This document shows, one piece after another, positions 61,501-64,000 of a stretch of DNA of 64,000 bases. Origin of the DNA: Phoronis australis (taxonomy: Eukaryota > Animalia > Phoronida); NCBI GenBank assembly GCA_002633005.1, contig NMRA01000378.1, positions 301,329 through 365,328 on the forward strand, given 5' to 3'. Both the position numbers and the translations under genes were made by a program. A model generated the notes under the pieces. It made no database searches. It was not told the DNA's origin and saw only the letters and a program-made list of their open reading frames with translations. How positions within the stretch are numbered: the first letter of the stretch is position 1; every line of letters starts with the position of its first letter.

Positions 61501-63414
61501 CACATGTGACATTTGCATGTTCCGTGTGATATTTTTTCCAGTTGTGCCATGTCACAATACAAATGGTACATTATGGCATAAACACTACATTTGTGACGTG
61601 GCTTTTTCATACCAAAAAGGTATAATGAATTTTAAGAGATATTTTAGCATCTAACGACAGTTAATAAAAAGTTATTGTTTTACAAAGTGGTTGAATGTTT
61701 AAAACACTTTTGAGATGCCTAATTATCAATAGATAATATTTAGAACAATTTGGTCACTGATATGATAACCAAATTATCAATAGATGATAGTGACAGGTTG
61801 AGTATCAGGTACCATTGGCATCCTAGTGCTCCCCACAACGCCCCCCTCTGACATCATTGTCCGTACATGCTCTATTCATGATTTGGACAACTGTATACTC
61901 TGAGATATGTCTACAAAGCGCTTGTTCGAATGGTGCTCCAAAATTATTAAATATTAATCACCAAAAATTTGATTGTTTCTCGTGCCCGTACTCTTTGTGA
62001 GGAATATTCGAATCATTTGCAATCAATCTTAGGCACTGTGACTGTCAACAAGCCAGAAATTCAATGAATAGTCCAGTTAATTCCGTATGCTCACATTTAA
62101 TCTATTTGAGACATGTTTGAATTGTCATACTTAGTGAGAATACAGTGGGCTTTGTTGATAGCATTAAACCCATACTGGGTGCTTCTGTTGCAGACTCAGG
62201 CATGTTTGATGAGCTGGGAGAACTGGATCTGGAGGCCAACTTTGGCTCCAACGAACTGTTCAGTGAGCTCAACACAGACTTTCAGGTGAGTGAATACATG
62301 TTGTTCAATATTGTTGACAAAAAGGTCAGAGTTTACTTGGAGGTCAGAGTTTGATCTTGTTTTTTGTTTGTTATGCAATTTTTGCTCTGTGAGGGTCATT
62401 AGGTCAGAGTGATTCCTTTAGGAGGCCAGGTTGAGCGTGGCTGCTTTTCAGACTGGTTGTCATATAATATGTGCTGTTTAGGAAAATAACAGACAACTTT
62501 AATGTTAGCCAAAGTATGGTAGTTCTGGTATTTCGTATTTTAATATTACAGTAGTGCTATAATCTCCATTATCTTACTAGCTGAGGTGTAATCAATCAAA
62601 CTTGGTAACATGGAGCTGTCTGTCATAAATGCAAGGACAAGAGAAAGTCTGCAAGAATGATACTATGCCGGTGATGTGATTTTGTTTGCGAAGAAAAATT
62701 TACCGATTTATTTGCAAAACGGGAAGAAAGGAGAATGTTGTTTGATCTTAATATTTTTCTGTTTTTGAAAGATGCAAAACCAGGCTCTGCACAGCTCAGA
62801 GTTGATTGTGTTTCAACTGACACGAGAAGGATAGGACATATATACCGTCTGTGTCTGGTGATTACTGTTGATATTCACTTCTCCATAGTTCAGTACATTC
62901 AAAGACAAATAAATGATCACCACATCAACTCCGCAGCATGTGTCAAAATGGATGATATTTTGATGGCGTGGTGCAAGGGATGAAGTTTCCAACTGGGATG
63001 CTTCCACCCTAAAGCAGATGATTGGCAGCCATGTTTGTGGTGCATTGGTGGTGACCTCTGGTGTCTGGTAGTCAGGAATGTGTGTGGTGTTAGTGATCAG
63101 GTGATGAACGTGGGTACTGAGTCAGGGAAGCTTGTGATGTTGTTTGTTAGCAGCGTGCTGACATCCACGGAGGTGTGAACAGTTGTTAGGTGAGTGAATC
63201 AAAACTGTCGAGAGGGTTGGTGTTACACAGTTGTTTTGCTGTTTCTTTCTAGATCCCGCTGTGGGACGCGCCATCACCCCCACCTATTGACGAGCCATGG
63301 ATGACCGTGGATGACAGCAGCAGTGACAGTGGGATAAGCGGGGTCAGTATAAAACATGAACCTCTGTCACCAGCGTCCAGCAGCTCATCCGACTATGACC
63401 AGATCATGACAAAG
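55503..63414 (+). CDS. ATF6: ATF6 (ER-stress bZIP transcription factor), first three coding exons; continues beyond the window
   Basis: Exons 55503-55575 (MESDFVAASDTKFLVDNMLVKDDF), 62194-62285 (DSGMFDELGELDLEANF...), 63253-63414 (IPLWD...IKHEPLSPASSSSSD...); phases 1 and 0 are consistent. They resemble the vertebrate ATF6B FFTDNLLSPEDW and ATF6 DSALFAELG / IKAEPQPLSPASSS motifs. The bZIP domain is not in the window. Confidence 0.8.
57067..57466. mobile_element. hAT-type MITE (400 bp)
   Basis: Perfect 8-bp TSD ctctgtaa (57059-57066, 57467-57474); TIR caggcctttatccaggat / atcctgcttaaaggcctg. Confidence 0.9.
58600..60400 (-). mobile_element. Possible highly degenerate LINE relic in ATF6 intron 1
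   Basis: Weak RT-like remnants in the 58627..59007 ORF (SGLHKH...DH, NRLRQG). Includes a 51-bp tandem duplication at 59735-59830. Confidence 0.3.
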
Positions 63415-64000
63415 GTAAGATTGCTATATAAGAACATTCTCTGCTTAACAATCAGTCCTCTCCATGACGTATTTTAACAGGTTCATGAGCTGAAGCCTTA
63501 ACCTGGTTTGATTTTGGCTCCGACATTTTAACTAGCATGCGACGCAATCAATTTTTTTCATTTTGAACAAAATTACCATTTTTGTGCGCTCGCTATAACA
63601 TGCATGCGCTGCACACTGTCAAAATTTTCAAAGTGGCTGTAAACGCGACTTGTTTGTAATTCTGAGTGCGGAGAACACCGACATTGTAATTTTGCAGTTT
63701 CCAGTCTTGGAGGTAAAATTTTCACATGACAGGTTTATAGACTCAAGTTCGTAAAATTCATCACGCTGCCATTATGCGAAGTGACTAATTTTTTGTAAAT
63801 GTCATGCTCATATTGCTGTTCAACAACTGTTTGCACAAGGCTAGTCACATTTCACTCATTGTTTGATCAGTCCTTTTTCATGTATTAATTGTGTTTAAAT
63901 AGGGCCAGTGCCATTTCTTGTGTTGACTCTGTCAACTAGTTTATCTGTGAGAGTGAAATCAACCTCCTGCAATATTTCCCCATGGCATGAAGGGTGATAC

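Noticed and set aside
62800-63200. Possible LINE endonuclease relic on the - strand
   Set aside because: Motifs are too weak to support by eye.

Overview
AT-rich eukaryotic (metazoan) genomic DNA with spliced genes; a marine invertebrate, possibly a deuterostome, is my inference from gene structure and repeat content. Four host genes were reconstructed by hand from GT-AG exons with consistent phases: an ankyrin-repeat gene (- strand, ATG 16539, runs off the left edge), RABL6 (-, 14 coding exons, about 761 aa), MED27 (-, 7 exons, about 301 aa) and the first three exons of ATF6 (+, head-to-head with MED27). Introns and intergenic DNA hold an internally deleted Kolobok DNA transposon (TTAA TSD, 158-bp TIRs, convergent KolX-like and THAP-transposase remnants), a 5'-truncated CR1/L2-group LINE, an RNase H relic, Helentron-associated (HINE-like) elements whose internal repeats carry CTCF-like motifs, several MITEs and many minisatellites. 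The most unusual pattern is that several intronic tandem arrays are amplified copies of the adjacent splice site (MED27 exon 6 acceptor, RABL6 exon 1 donor, RABL6 exon 10 acceptor), which creates rows of decoy splice sites. No prokaryotic systems, CRISPR arrays or intact RNA genes were found. All calls are by eye, without database searches.
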